Below the pieces are notes generated by a model. That model was not told the DNA's origin. It ran no database searches and worked only from the letters and a program-made list of their open reading frames with translations. A stretch of 64,000 nt of DNA from Callorhinchus milii (lineage: Eukaryota): assembly GCF_018977255.1 (NCBI RefSeq), contig NW_024704742.1:93870001-93934000 (forward strand). The letters run 5' to 3'. The position numbers and the translations under genes are program-made. Shown here piece after piece: positions 40,640 to 53,512 of this stretch (its first letter is position 1; each line of letters opens with the position of its first letter).

Positions 40640-40845
40640 TGTTATAGCGCCTGTTACATTATGTCTCAAAGCATTTCACAGGATTTACTGGGACGTGGGG
40701 TGACTGTATTTGTATGTAAATGTGGCAGTCCAAATATGCACAGCAATGCCCCACAGACAGCTGTGAAACGAATGACCAATTTTATTTGGGGGGGGGGGTC
40801 GTTGGCCAGGACACTGAAAGAAATTCTCTTCTCTTGCCCAGTGCG
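40640..40845 (-). mobile_element. Degenerate Deu-type SINE 3' part
   Basis: GCACAGCAATGCCCCACAGACAG, TTGGCCAGGACAC and tail motifs. Confidence 0.65.
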
Positions 40846-41965
40846 TGCAGTGATGTGATTTGACTGTGGATTGAAACTTAACCGCACTTCATCAGAATCA
40901 TTCTGAGGGGGGTTGGCTACGCAGGGGAGGAGAGGGCAGTGGAGGGAGTCCCGGTGTCTCTGGGAGAGGACTCGGATTGATTTAATTTCAATGCCGGTTT
41001 CAGTTGTGTGGCTGCCTGCTAGTTGTGGTTATTGGTCTGCGGAGCGGGCTCCTGGAAATGTGATTGGATAATGAGGCTTCACTGTATTCTAAACCCTGGA
41101 GCCTGGTGGCAGTCAGCCAAGGCTTGTCTTAATGAAAATTTATAGTTGAGATTATAATAGGGCAAATCATGTTTAGCAAGTCAGCTGAATGACCCTGCAG
41201 GGTCTGGAACACACAGCAGCAAAAAGCTAAATGCCAGTTTTGTTGGGAATTTTTTCAGGAAAGACATGCATTTTAAAGTGTGCCTGTCTGGGGGGGAGAA
41301 AACCAAGGCAGTCAGTCAAAAATATAGTTGGAGTTGGAGATCTGCTTTTTTTTATTATTTTGATTCAAAAAAAAAAGCTTTTGTTGTTGCATTGTATGAT
41401 TAAACCTTGATTCACCAGCTAATTACATCTCAATAATTCCTCAGTATTTTTAATACCACTGAGCCCACCCAGATGTTACCTCCAGAGGTAAATTCAAAGG
41501 GTGGATCTATCGAATATTATGATTTTACTGTAGTGCACCTATCCATTCGCTGGATTGTTTTCTGACTAACTTTTATGTTCAAATATTTGTCTCAAACGGT
41601 ATATCTTTCACAAATGTTTTACAGACCTCATCCACATCTTATTTAAATAGATTCCCCCCCCCCCCCACTTTTCTGGTTTTGAAAGCCCCTGACTGTGACA
41701 TAACAGCGAAAATAGTTTTAGTGTTCCGTTGCTAAAACAATTCTGATTTGTATAGTAGCACACACTTGTGGCACTACTGATAAAAATAGAAGTATGGGAA
41801 ATGGCTCTAATGTTCAATATCCGTAAAAGGGGTTGGGAAGTGAAGTGGAACGATGGCATTTTGTTTCTCCAGTGTTTTTTCCATACGTATTGATAATATT
41901 TTAATCTTTTAAGCTCTCCCAGTCACTACCTGAAGGGCAAATTGTTTTTACTCTTGTTGTGATAT

Positions 41966-42125
41966 AGTAATACTTGCATTTGCGAAAGCATTGTAGCAAG
42001 TCGAAATGTCTCAAAACACTTAAAGTTTTTTTTGTAAAGTGTAGTAACTATGTATTTTGTAGATGAACACGGCAGCCAATTTGCGCACTGCAGTGCTCCA
42101 CAAACAGCCATGAAGCAAATTACTT
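41966..42125 (-). mobile_element. SINE 3' fragment
   Basis: GGCAGCCAATTTGCGCACTGCAGTGCTCCACAAACAG with tail. Confidence 0.65.
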
Positions 42126-42401
42126 TTTTAAAAAACACTGGCAGCTTACAGAAATCACAATTAGCTGTTTTAGAAATATCACAAAATTGGCAAAATACAA
42201 GTCACATCTTACACTTCACACTTTTTTTGCAAACATCACACATAGGGTCCAGAGCATTTCTTTATTTTTTTAATTGATTTTATTTGGTTTGATATAATAT
42301 ATTGTTATATTGAAAATTACTGCAGTCATCATCAACTCTTAACTTACAATCGGTAAAATGAAGTCAACAGTGTTTTTTTTAACACGCTATTTCACGTTTA
42401 G

Positions 42402-42682
42402 TTCCAGCAGGCGAGTCTATCGAATATGCCCAGTTTCCTTTCTACCTCAACGGGCTGCGTGAGACACCAGACTTCGTGGAGGCAATTGAAAATGTCAGAA
42501 ATATCTGCAGTAACTTCACCAGCCAAGGAATTGCCAGTTATCCGAACGGATACCCGTTTCTTTTCTGGGAACAGTACATTGGGCTTCGACATTGGCTGCT
42601 CTTGGCCATCAGCGTGGTGCTAGCCTGCACATTTCTGGTGTGCGCTCTCTTCCTCCTGAACCCCTGGACTGCTGGGATCATT
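42402..42682 (+). CDS. PTCH1: PTCH1 exon 18 (281 nt)
   Basis: gtttag|TTCCA...ATCATT|gtaagt; [18 protein letters not shown]...[22 protein letters not shown]...NPWTAGII. Confidence 0.97.
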
Positions 42683-44035
42683 GTAAGTTTACAAGGGGCT
42701 TTGTTGCTTCTGAATTCCTTTCGGTACAGCTCTTGCTGCAGTCGGGAAGGGATTTGTTTATGTCTGGGCCTCTGGTGGGGTATGCATGTGACATCATTCA
42801 TGAAATGTTTATTCGCCTTGGAAAGATGACGACTGAAAATTTAAACAAGGGAAGAAAAGCCCCAAGTCCTGGGCTCACATTTGCACAAGAATTTAAATTC
42901 TTGTTTTCTTAAAAAAAATATTTTTTAAAAAAATTATTTCTCGAGATGACTTTTTGAACATTTGTCCCAAAATCTATGCAAGAAGTGTTTTCTTGATTTG
43001 ACTAATTCTGCAGTGATGCCGTAATTGCAAAAGTTGTGCAAAATAATTCCAGATGTGAATTAATTAACTAGTACTGGATTGCAAACTTTGTCTAAGTAAA
43101 CATGTTTTATGAAGGAAAATGTTTAGTCTGCAACGTGTGTGTTTTTTTTGGATGAAATGTTCAAATAATTTAGGGTATTACTTGAAATTTCATTAAGACT
43201 CATCAAGTTGTTTTTAACAGAAACCCCTTTATTTGTGTCAGTCGAGATCTGAAAGTAGAATTTACTTCCCTATTTTTGGTGGTTTATTGGAGATCTTTTA
43301 GGCTCCACAGCCTGATCAATTGGTGGGACCAGTCTGCTTTTGAAAGCCATCTTTCCTAGCTAAATGAAAGGAAAGCTTTGCCTTTGCTTCAGATTTAACT
43401 GCAGTCAGGCTGGTGGTTTGGTGCTTTTTTTAAAAAAATACAAAGAGGCCTCTGTAATCTGACACTCATCAGCTGATAATGGCATTTACTCTTCAGGGGC
43501 GCTTTGGTCTACCCCGAGAGTCATCTTCACTTACTGAGGATTTCTCCAGAACTGTTCTAAATAATCCAGCTTTCTCTTTTGAACGAGTTAAGCATCGACT
43601 TGAAACGGAAGTTTTAATCCCTGCCAAGGAGCACCTCGGTTCCAGTACTGTAGTGTTTCCGATGTTGAGAGGGTTCCTGGCAGCATTCTTGCTGGGAATT
43701 CCGCCTGAGCCTGTCCCAATACTGGCTGGTTTCAACTGAGGTAGAAGCTTTTTTCTTGGGTTGCCCTCTCCTCATTTCAACAAGAGTTTTGAATGAGATC
43801 CACGGCATGATCTGATGAGTGTTTGATGGACTGAATTGCTTTTCCCCATTCCGTGTTTCCTTATGTTCTTAAATTCATTGCTTTTCCCTTCTGAGAATCT
43901 AGAAACAAATGATCATATTTCTTATGGTAATATATATATTTGTATGTAATGTTTGACAATTTGTTTTGTTCTCTCTGAGAAGATCACCTAGATCTTTTGA
44001 ATGGATAATAAATTGCTTAATTTCCCTCAATTTAG

Positions 44036-44269
<234 letters not shown>

Positions 44270-45039
44270 TAAAGCACTGCTGGTGATCATGATTTTAATC
44301 AGGGGCAAATTCTGACCTTATGGCCAAATTGTGGTATAATTCCAGAACTCGACTCTGGAACTAGATCACATTGGAGTTCCTACTGGTTGGCATAGTTCCA
44401 GGTAACAGGAGAAGACTTCACTTGGCGACTCTTGGTTCCACTTTAAGGAACTCAGTGAAGAAATACCACAAAAATAATCTCTCCCAGCCAATTTCCCAAT
44501 GACCTAGCACTCACTGGGGTAATATCAAATGACGTCTGCAAATAAATAGCTATTTCTGTTGCGGGTTTATAAAAAATCCTATTTTAGATTGGTAAACGTT
44601 TCTATTTTTAGCAACTGTGTGGTATGTATATTTTACATATAAAATATACTTGGAGCTCAAATTTTACTGATGGCACCAGCATTGATTCGATTCTGAAACT
44701 ACTTCCTAGAGGTGGAGTCCAGAGCAGGACTGAAAAGTCAACAAAGACTTTTGGGGGTGGGATGGAGGGTCAGCCAAGTGGCTGACACAGGTGGCATTGG
44801 CATGCTTAAACCTTTCCAAACCAGTCATGCCACCGAATTCAAATAAATAAACCACATTGAGATCCCCACTAAGCGTGAAGCATCGTCAATCAAAGAGGTA
44901 AGGAGCAAAAGTGTAGGTTCCCATTCGTATGAAAGTGCATGCACTGATTGAGTTTGTCTTCTGGCAGAAATAAACCATAAGGTGTGGCCCTGTTATAGCA
45001 ACTTCTTTATAACACTGATACGGTTATAATGCAGTTACA

Positions 45040-45130
45040 GTGTGTGTTCACTGTGCGTGTGTGTATGTATATATATGTGTGTGGGTGTGTGTGTATATAT
45101 ATATATATATATAATATATTTGTATATACA
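45040..45130. repeat. Compound (TG)n/(TA)n microsatellite
   Basis: Direct read. Confidence 0.85.
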
Positions 45131-45459
45131 TTATATTCCCTCCATATGGTTCAAGTCAGCACTAAATGATCATAACATTTTCATGACTTCTGAATATGCT
45201 GTGCTTTCTTTACTTTTTTTAAAATACTGCATGTGAATATCAGACGACCTTTCTTTTTTCTTAAAAAAGAATGAAATGTTAGCATTTTTCCTACCCTGCC
45301 TATTTAATACAAATTCATGCAAAAGGTTCATCCTGCCGGGTATAATCACTAACAGCCAGTGTGTTACTTAGCTGTTGGGCAGCTCTTTGCACGTTTGCTG
45401 CTATGCACTTCCTTCAGTAAACACAGAGGTCTGATTACATTGATCTTTATCGCCTGTAG

Positions 45460-45603
<144 letters not shown>

Positions 45604-46264
45604 TAAAATCCCTTCTTTGAATCTTGTCCTGATTCACAGAGTAGGATGGGAATTTTAATCACGAGTTTCAAGGCAATGGCAATTTTTATCAGCCTTGCGT
45701 TTAATATTTGTCGTTGGTCTTTTTTCGATGTGAAATATTTTGTCACTTTGCCAAAGTTGTTTTTTTTCTGGTGAAAATGCTGTCAGTGCCAATGTTTGCA
45801 CAATGGATAGTAGGCGAGATCCTTTTGATCTGTTTTTTCTAGCTCTGTTCCAATAATCACTGTTGGTGGTCTTTTATGATAATAAAAACGAGATTTGAAT
45901 GGCTATGCCTTTTGTGTATTGTTTAGCGCCTTTAGCAGTCCTCCTGATGTGAAAGGTGCTATACAAATGTAATTTTGTTGTTGTTATTGCCAAATATTGT
46001 ATCAAGGTATTCTCATTTTAAGAGCATAAGCGGCAAAAATTGCACAAAGAAAATAGAAGCACGCAGCTATAAGAAGTTGAGAGATGGGAGGAAAGAAGCC
46101 AGAAAATGCCAATAACCTCTTCACCTATATGTTCAAAACTGCATCTCTTTTAAGGCATACTTTTTAGAAATCCTATTTTCCTCCTTTTTTTAATAGAGAA
46201 GTTACCTTTGATAACAAAACCATCATTGTGGCTCCACATATTTTTGGTTCCGCCCTCCCCCCTG

Positions 46265-46390
46265 ATAGAACCATAGAAATTTGCAGCACAGAAGAAGGAT
46301 ATTTGGCCCATCATGTCTGTTCTAGTTCTTTCAAGAGCAATCTTTTCAGTCCCATTTACCTGCCCTTTCCATATACCTCTGTACTTCACG
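46265..46390 (-). mobile_element. CR1 3' tail fragment
   Basis: ATAGAACCATAGAAATTTGCAGCACAGAAG...CAGTCCCATTTACCTGCC. Confidence 0.75.
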
Positions 46391-49035
46391 TTTCCCATAG
46401 CCCCATCCACACTTGCATGCACACATACAAACAAAGATACGTGTGCACACACACACATACAAAGAATCATCAGTTTTCTAAATGGTAAGCTATTACACTG
46501 GCCTGTTCAGAAGAATTAACAATTCTATTACTCAGTAGCTACTACTCTTGCCAGTGATAATGTCATCAGGTTGTTCCATTATTGTAAAACATTTGTCAAA
46601 ATGAATGAGACTTACACTACATCAATTTTATGTTTGTACTAAACTGTACATCTGACTAGATGAGGATTATAGGCAGTCGATTACTCACTTTGAATAGATT
46701 AGTTATTTCTGTAATAGACTAAGTAATTCAAGGAAATAGGGATAGTCGATCTAACATATGCTGACATTAAAAAGCCTTACACATTTTTACATTCATAATG
46801 GAAAGTGCCATTTTAAAGAATAACAAAGATGTCCTTATTTTTGCCTCAGTCCAAATCAAACCTAGTGAAAATTATTATGCATGATTGCGCAAGCCATGTG
46901 TACAGGCGAATTAGAGATGCTGCCCTTATTTATGTAAACAACAACCAATACTTACCATTGGTGTTGATCAGGGTACATGGGTTTACATGTGGTTTACATA
47001 TGGTTTGCACACATCACATACTTGTTTTTTGTAAGAGAGGTCATTGATAGAAGGAGTATAATGGAACAATATGCAATTTTAAAAACATTTAGAAGCTGTG
47101 CTCAAACATTCAGAAGTAGGGACTGTAATATGATGCATGGGAACACTCGAGGCTTTCACAGAGCTGCCTATGACTAGCAGCCGTGGCCTTAAAATCTTTA
47201 CCAGCGGCAGCAAAGAGCGGGGCAGTGGATGGTGGCGCATGAAAGCGAAGAAACCATTAGCTAAAATATTGTGTCTTGCTTGCTTGCCTCTGGTGGTTTT
47301 GTTTTCTGGCTGGTCGACCAGCCCATTGTTGTGCTCCAGTGTTTGTCAAAGGAAGTACTCTGCAAGGTTGTATTCTTCCATTGGCTGACCTGACCTAACC
47401 CTTGACCTGCTAAATTTCCAAATTTTTTAAGAAATCAGTTTAAGCGAGGAACGGTAAATCCCCTGCATCAGTTAGAACAACAAAGGTCACGAATATGATG
47501 CTCTTGCAGCGTTTAAACTGTCTCAGGGTTGTTGCTCAGTGCTGAAGGAAAACTGTGACACGCAGGTTTAATTAAGGAGGCTGAGTAGATTTTTTTGCAT
47601 GAGGGAATTTGAGAAGTGTAGTGTAACAGACGCCTTTCTACTCCAAACAACCTGTGGAGCTTTGCAAAATGGCTAATGCTAGCTTTAACACTGGCCCTTT
47701 GTGGCAGGCTACAGTGGCAGAGAGAGAAGGGAGCACAGGGGAGAGCTAAGGCAGGTGTGAAACAGGGCAGAATAAATAAATAACTAGGCCCGAGGCCTGT
47801 TTGGAGGCCTCACAGATGGCTTGATAATTCTGGCCAACATGGCACTATATCGATGGCTGCTGGAAAAAAAANTGAGCCAGTAAAAATAAATAATTTTCGG
47901 GATTGCGAGTAATGCGTTGAAATGCACGTGGTTTTATGAGGGTAATTTCCCCTTCAGATGTTTAGATAGACAGAGAAGGGAAGTTAATGCATCAAATGAA
48001 ATGTGTGTATTCGTTACTTTTAGCATTCAATCCTCCTTTGTGTCAACTTTTCAGCTCCTAAGAATAATATTTTAAGCCATTCATTAAATCAAACTATTTG
48101 TTATCTGATGAATAATTTCTCCAGTAGATTGATTTCAAACTAACTTTCAAATGCCTCCACATCGTTGAGCCCCATCCCTACTGATAATGATCAACTGTAG
48201 TCCCTCTCTGTCTCCCCAAATCCCTTGGTCTCATACCATCAAAATCTTTCAGGAAAAAAACTGTCTCCTTTGATTGTGGTTTCACTCACTTCTCTCCCAT
48301 CAACCATCTCCTGTCCTGTGAGGACGCCAATCCCATCTGTGTAAAAGCTCTTCAAAATATTATCCTACATGAAAAGTGCTATATAAGTGCAAGTTTTTTT
48401 TCAGGAATTCCAATGAAGAGAGCTGAGAACATTTTTCCCCCAAAAAAATCCATTATCCTATAGTTTCTAGTTTGAACTAAAGTCAACATTTTTATCGGAC
48501 TCCTTTCTCCTTGAAACTTGCCAGCAGCATTATTTTACTGGGCAGTGTGCCTTCTGGTGAAATATCTCTCCTGCCATCCGGCTGGTGACATAGCAAATCA
48601 GTAAAGCTTAATTGCTCCAGCACAATTGAAAGCACCCCATTCTATGAAATATGATGGCTGTTTGTCTTGAAAGAGTAAGAGAAAGTGAGCAGTCATGCTT
48701 TAAAATTTCACTGGGGGTAGAGAATCATCCCACACAGCTCCTGTTAACCCTGCAAGCCAAAGCCCTAGCAGGTAGGATGGTCCTGGCTGGACAAGCAGTG
48801 GGAAAGCTTGCCAGATACTTTATAATGGAAATAAATTCTCTCACCTGGGAAAATTATTTTGGAACTATTGATTCCTGCTGGTAATCAGATGTGTAATACA
48901 CTGACCGGTAAGAACTGTGCTGTGACACGCTCGGAAGGAGTTTGTATTGAAGCACTGAATTACGATTTTTATGAACCCTGTAATAAGTAATGTATTTTTG
49001 ACCTTCACCGCCTCATGCCAGTCAAATGCAAGGTA

Positions 49036-49102
49036 TGGCATTCCCAGCAACTTCTGTTTTTATTTCAGATTTCCAGCATCTACAGTATTTTGCCTTTTGT
49101 TT
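49036..49102 (+). mobile_element. Fragment of the same Penelope-type element end
   Basis: tttatttcagatttccagcatctacagtattttg matches 15795-15830. Confidence 0.6.
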
Positions 49103-49239
49103 AACTGCCCTGTGTTCTTCAACAAACTGGCTTCTGCTTATGTAGTAATTCAGGTGCCCGTTAATGAAACATTGCCTTTTTTGGTTCTCCACAATCTTCA
49201 TTAGCAAAATATGATAATACAGCAACACAAACTATTAGG

Positions 49240-49506
49240 TGTTAAGACGAGGAGGTAAATTTGTGAAGTATAGTATTAAGATGATAGCGGTAAACATGTG
49301 AAATACAATAAGGGCTAAATTTGTGATTGTTATGTTAAGACAATGGACGTACAGTTGTGAAGTGTAGTGTTAAGATGTTAGGGGTATATTTGTGAATTAT
49401 GTAGTTAAGACAACATAGATACATTTATGAAGTCTGATGTTAAGAAGATGACAATAAATTTATGAAGTATAATGTTAAGACGATGGCAGTAAATTTGTCA
49501 ACTATA
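49240..49506 (+). repeat. Degenerate 35-bp minisatellite, about 7-8 units
   Basis: Consensus approximately TGTTAAGACGATGGCAGTAAATTTGTGAAGTATAG. Confidence 0.85.
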
Positions 49507-49525
49507 TTATATTGTAAGTATATTC

Positions 49526-49842
49526 GTGGAGTCCTGTAGCTCAGTGGTTAGAGAACTCACTTTGTAAGTGAGAGACCTGGGTTCGATTCCCGGCAAGGTG
49601 AAACCTTGGGTAAGTTTTCTTATTCCAGACGCCTGATAATAATCCCTTAAGAAAAACAAACAATGATAAATTGGTCACTTCAATCCACAACTGTTTGTGG
49701 GACACTGCTGTGCGCAATTGGCTGCTGCATTTCGCCCACAAATATACAGTCAATTCACTTTACAGTCTATTCTGCGAAATGCTTTGAGACGTCTAGAAGA
49801 CGTGAAAAGCGCTATATCAAATGCAAGGATTATTATTATTAT
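49526..49842 (+). mobile_element. tRNA-derived SINE with L2-type tail (internally deleted copy)
   Basis: A box TAGCTCAGTGG, B box GGTTCGATTCC, tail ...GCGCTATATCAAATGCAAGG(ATT)n. Confidence 0.9.
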
Positions 49843-50562
49843 CTCTCAATATCCACATCTGGACAGATTGGGCAGACTCAGGTGGCAATTTAACACAGAT
49901 TAGAAACGACTTTGGACCATAACATTTTAAAAGGTAAAGCTTGACTACATATAAAATGGGCACCTCCCGTCTTCCAAGTTCAGTCTATTTAATACTCGGA
50001 GCCTGATTTTAACTATGAGAATCAAGTTTACACATTTTTTTTTCCTCCCGTTTGTTTAGATTGAAGAGATGTCGGTGTAATTAATGCCTGCTTGATTTTG
50101 TGACTTTGTCTCGTTTTACAATTTTTGAGCCTTGACCTGCAGTTATTTATTCAAGTCAAATGTAAAATAAACATAGATTTTCTTTTCTGGCAGGGTGGGG
50201 GGGTAGGGGTAAGAATGGACTGTACACAAAGGACAAAAATAGAGAGGGGGCAGGGGGAACAGAGCTCACTGGCCAAATTACTAAATTACTGAAGCAAATT
50301 ACTGCAACAGATGCAATGCATTTGAGGTGCTCAGAAATAAAATACTGTTGTTTGCAATAATGTGAGACAGATGAGATACAAATGGCACCAGAGTGCATTG
50401 CTGACATAAAACATGAAATAAATAGCAGTGAATGATCAGACTCCATTGGGGACAGTAGCAAATCTGGAATTAAGGCAAATAAGAGTTATGTTTGCTGCCA
50501 TTCAGTGTGGTTGTGTGTGTGTGTGTCTATATATATATGTATATATATATGCACATATATAA

Positions 50563-50617
50563 TAGATAATCCTTGCATTTGATATAGTGCTTTATCACGT
50601 CTTTGAGACGTCTCAAA
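50563..50617 (-). mobile_element. SINE tail fragment inside a TG/TA microsatellite
   Basis: ATAATCCTTGCATTTGATATAGTGCTTTATCACGTCTTTGAGACGTCTCAAA. Confidence 0.8.
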
Positions 50618-51774
50618 GCTACAGAACTGGCAGCATTTTATAGCAGAATGCTGGTTTATGCTTTGTAAAGGATTACAATTTGAGCTATTTAGTAAACTAT
50701 ATATATACACACACACATATTAAATAAAACATAAGTGTGTATTTGGACAGAGTGAATGTGGCAGTTTGATGCACCACAATACAATGAGACAATAAAGTGA
50801 TCCTTTACACTTGCAAATCCCTCAAACCTACCTACCTAAGGTTATGCCCCTGTAGCCATTACTCGTAAATGTGCCCATATGTTTAGTCTGAGTCCCAGCT
50901 GTGTCAAATACCAATGAGTTAGACCTTCTCTTGCAGTTAAAAGCTTACCTTGATATTCGTGAAGACTCCCAGTCCACAGCCTGCAGTGGTGGGAATGGAC
51001 AACCACTTGGGACGATTTTCCTTTTTCACCAGCGCTCGAGCTTTTATGTTTGAAACGTTGACGCAAAACAAGAGCATTCATAGATGCTAAATTGTGCAAC
51101 AAAAGATTGAGTTTGCAGTGCAGTGATGCTATTGTGAAGTGCTCTTATCAAATACAATGCTGGAATCTGCTATAGAACTGGCAGCATTTTATAGCAGAAT
51201 GCTGGTTCATGCTTTGTAAAGGATTGCAATTTGAACTATTTAGTAAAACTAAAACCCAGCATCTCTGAGGACTGCAGGCAGAAAGTTTTGATTAGTGTTG
51301 TGAGAGGAAACCTACTTGATACACTAGAGATTTAATTAGTGATTCTGTTGTGAGATGCAGCAGCATTTCAGACTGGATTAGTTGCCTGAAACTCTGCCTC
51401 TCCTGCCTCTAGACTAAATTGTTTAAATTCTGCACCCTTTACTTCATTTGTTTGCTTCTGCTGAGGTTAAGGCAATGGGGCGCCTTTCATTGTGCATGTT
51501 CTATGGGCCTATTCAGTCATTCAATCCACGTTCCATATTTTTCTGTGTGTGTAACAAACCATTCATGAATAACAGTCCATGCTCTGTGTTTGTCAATAAA
51601 AATTAACAAACTAATGCACTTTGTTCTTTTCTTTTGGTCAACTAACACTGTTGGTTGTGGGATGTAGCCTGACTGATGTGAAAGGTAATGATTTGCCCCG
51701 CTACCTTTTGTGAATCTGTATTTACACTTAGGTAAATGAATTTTGATCCATAATAAGTTTGGTGTAAGTGATGA

Positions 51775-51990
<216 letters not shown>

Positions 51991-52370
51991 TAAGTCTCCA
52001 GGAGACCGACCGGACAGCTGCAGCCATGAGTAAATGCTGTCTTTGAAAAGGGCAGAAAATATATTTTTCCACAATTCAGCCAAATCTCACTTCATTTCTA
52101 AAAAGGCTTTAAAGTGATGACTTTGATCAGGCCACAGAGCACTGAACACCTCTGTTGCGCCTGCCTCACTCCATGGCCCTGGACACACATAATTATTGCT
52201 GTGGAACATGCGTGTGGCCCTGCTATTCAGTTTGTATTTTAACCAGGTTTCCTAAACCAGGTTTATTCCCCCAGAACATTTTATGGTCCTGAAAGTGGGT
52301 GATGGCTGTGCCTTGGGGACTGAATCCGTTTCAAAGGAAAATTGTACTTTGGGGGGGAAAGGGGGGCATC

Positions 52371-52744
52371 ATCCTGTAGGTCAGTAGTTAGAGCACTCGC
52401 CTCGCAAGCGAGAGACCAGGTTTCGATTCCCGGCAGGGCGAAATGTTGGGCAATTTTTTTTATTACTCCACACGCCTCTGTGTACCTAGCAGTAAATAGC
52501 AACTCAGTTGTTAGTCGATTGGTGGATTGCTTTTCTGGGGATAATAATTCCTTCAAAATAAATACATTTTTCACTACAATCCACAACTGTTTGGGGGAGA
52601 CTGCTGTGCGTAATTGGCTGCTGTGTTTGCCCACAAAGTATATAGTCAAATCATTTTACAGTATATTCTGTGAAGCGCATTTGAGATGTCTCGAAGACAT
52701 GATAAGGTGCTATATCAAAGGCAAGGATGATGATTATTATTATT
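52371..52744 (+). mobile_element. tRNA-derived SINE, near full length
   Basis: tRNA-like head with CTCGC-CTCGCAA-GCGAG arm; same body and tail as the other copies. Confidence 0.9.
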
Positions 52745-52991
52745 CACCTGGAGTTAGAGTTTAAATGGTTTTAACCTTAAGCAGGTGTGTTGGAACTGAA
52801 GCTGGGTGGCTTAATATCTGTGAACTAAAGTAATTAGTGGAAAGATATCATTATCCAGTGGGGTAACCCTGACCAATCTGCTTCGGTGCCCAATACAAAG
52901 ACATTAACATCACTCCACCTACTTCAAAGGAATGGTTTCTGGTGACAGGAGGGACGTGGAACTGATCGTTCCTGGCATCTTCTCTTTGCAG

Positions 52992-53246
52992 GTCTCATCC
53001 TCGGATGGAAGAAACCGGTTACCTACTCCGTCACCGGAACCTCCACCTCGAGTTGTGAGGTTTGCACTCCATCCAGAGCGCGTGAATAAAGGGTCGGATT
53101 CGTCAGACTCTGAGTGCAGCTCACAGACCACAGTTTCAGGGATCAGTGAAGAGCTTCGTCAGTATGAATCCAATCCAAGCAGAGCTCCACCAGGCCATCA
53201 AATCATGGTGGAAGCAACAGAGAATCCAGTCTTTCCCAAGTCCACT
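52992..53246 (+). CDS. PTCH1: PTCH1 exon 22 (255 nt)
   Basis: ttgcag|GTC...TCCACT|gtaagt; [19 protein letters not shown]...[21 protein letters not shown]...[13 protein letters not shown]. Confidence 0.96.
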
Positions 53247-53512
53247 GTAAGTAAAACTTTATTTACATACAAAAGTCACTAAAGTTAGATACTGCATTTG
53301 AAGCGGTATTCAAAAAATGTGACAAACCAAATTCATTTTAATCAAGGCGACTTCTCTGACATCTTGTAGGTTATATCATTGCTAAGGACTTAACCACTTA
53401 AAATTCAAGTTGATGGGATTGACCTGTAATGTTATCTTCACCAAAGTATGCAACTTGAATATCAGACAATGATTTTGGACGTGTGTGGACTGATTGTTGG
53501 CTTCGTTCATAG

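Noticed and set aside
42400..42410. Alternative in-frame acceptors 6 and 9 nt into exon 18
   Set aside because: The first AG gives the conserved exon length and peptide; no evidence for use of the others.
47872..47872. Ambiguous base n after an A run
   Set aside because: Assembly uncertainty, not biology.
49240..49506. CRISPR-like array
   Set aside because: Eukaryotic intron; units are degenerate tandem copies with no unique spacers and no cas genes.
49526..49601. tRNA gene (also at 52371, 60480 and 61783)
   Set aside because: Heads of a dispersed SINE; the copies are diverged and run into SINE body and tail.
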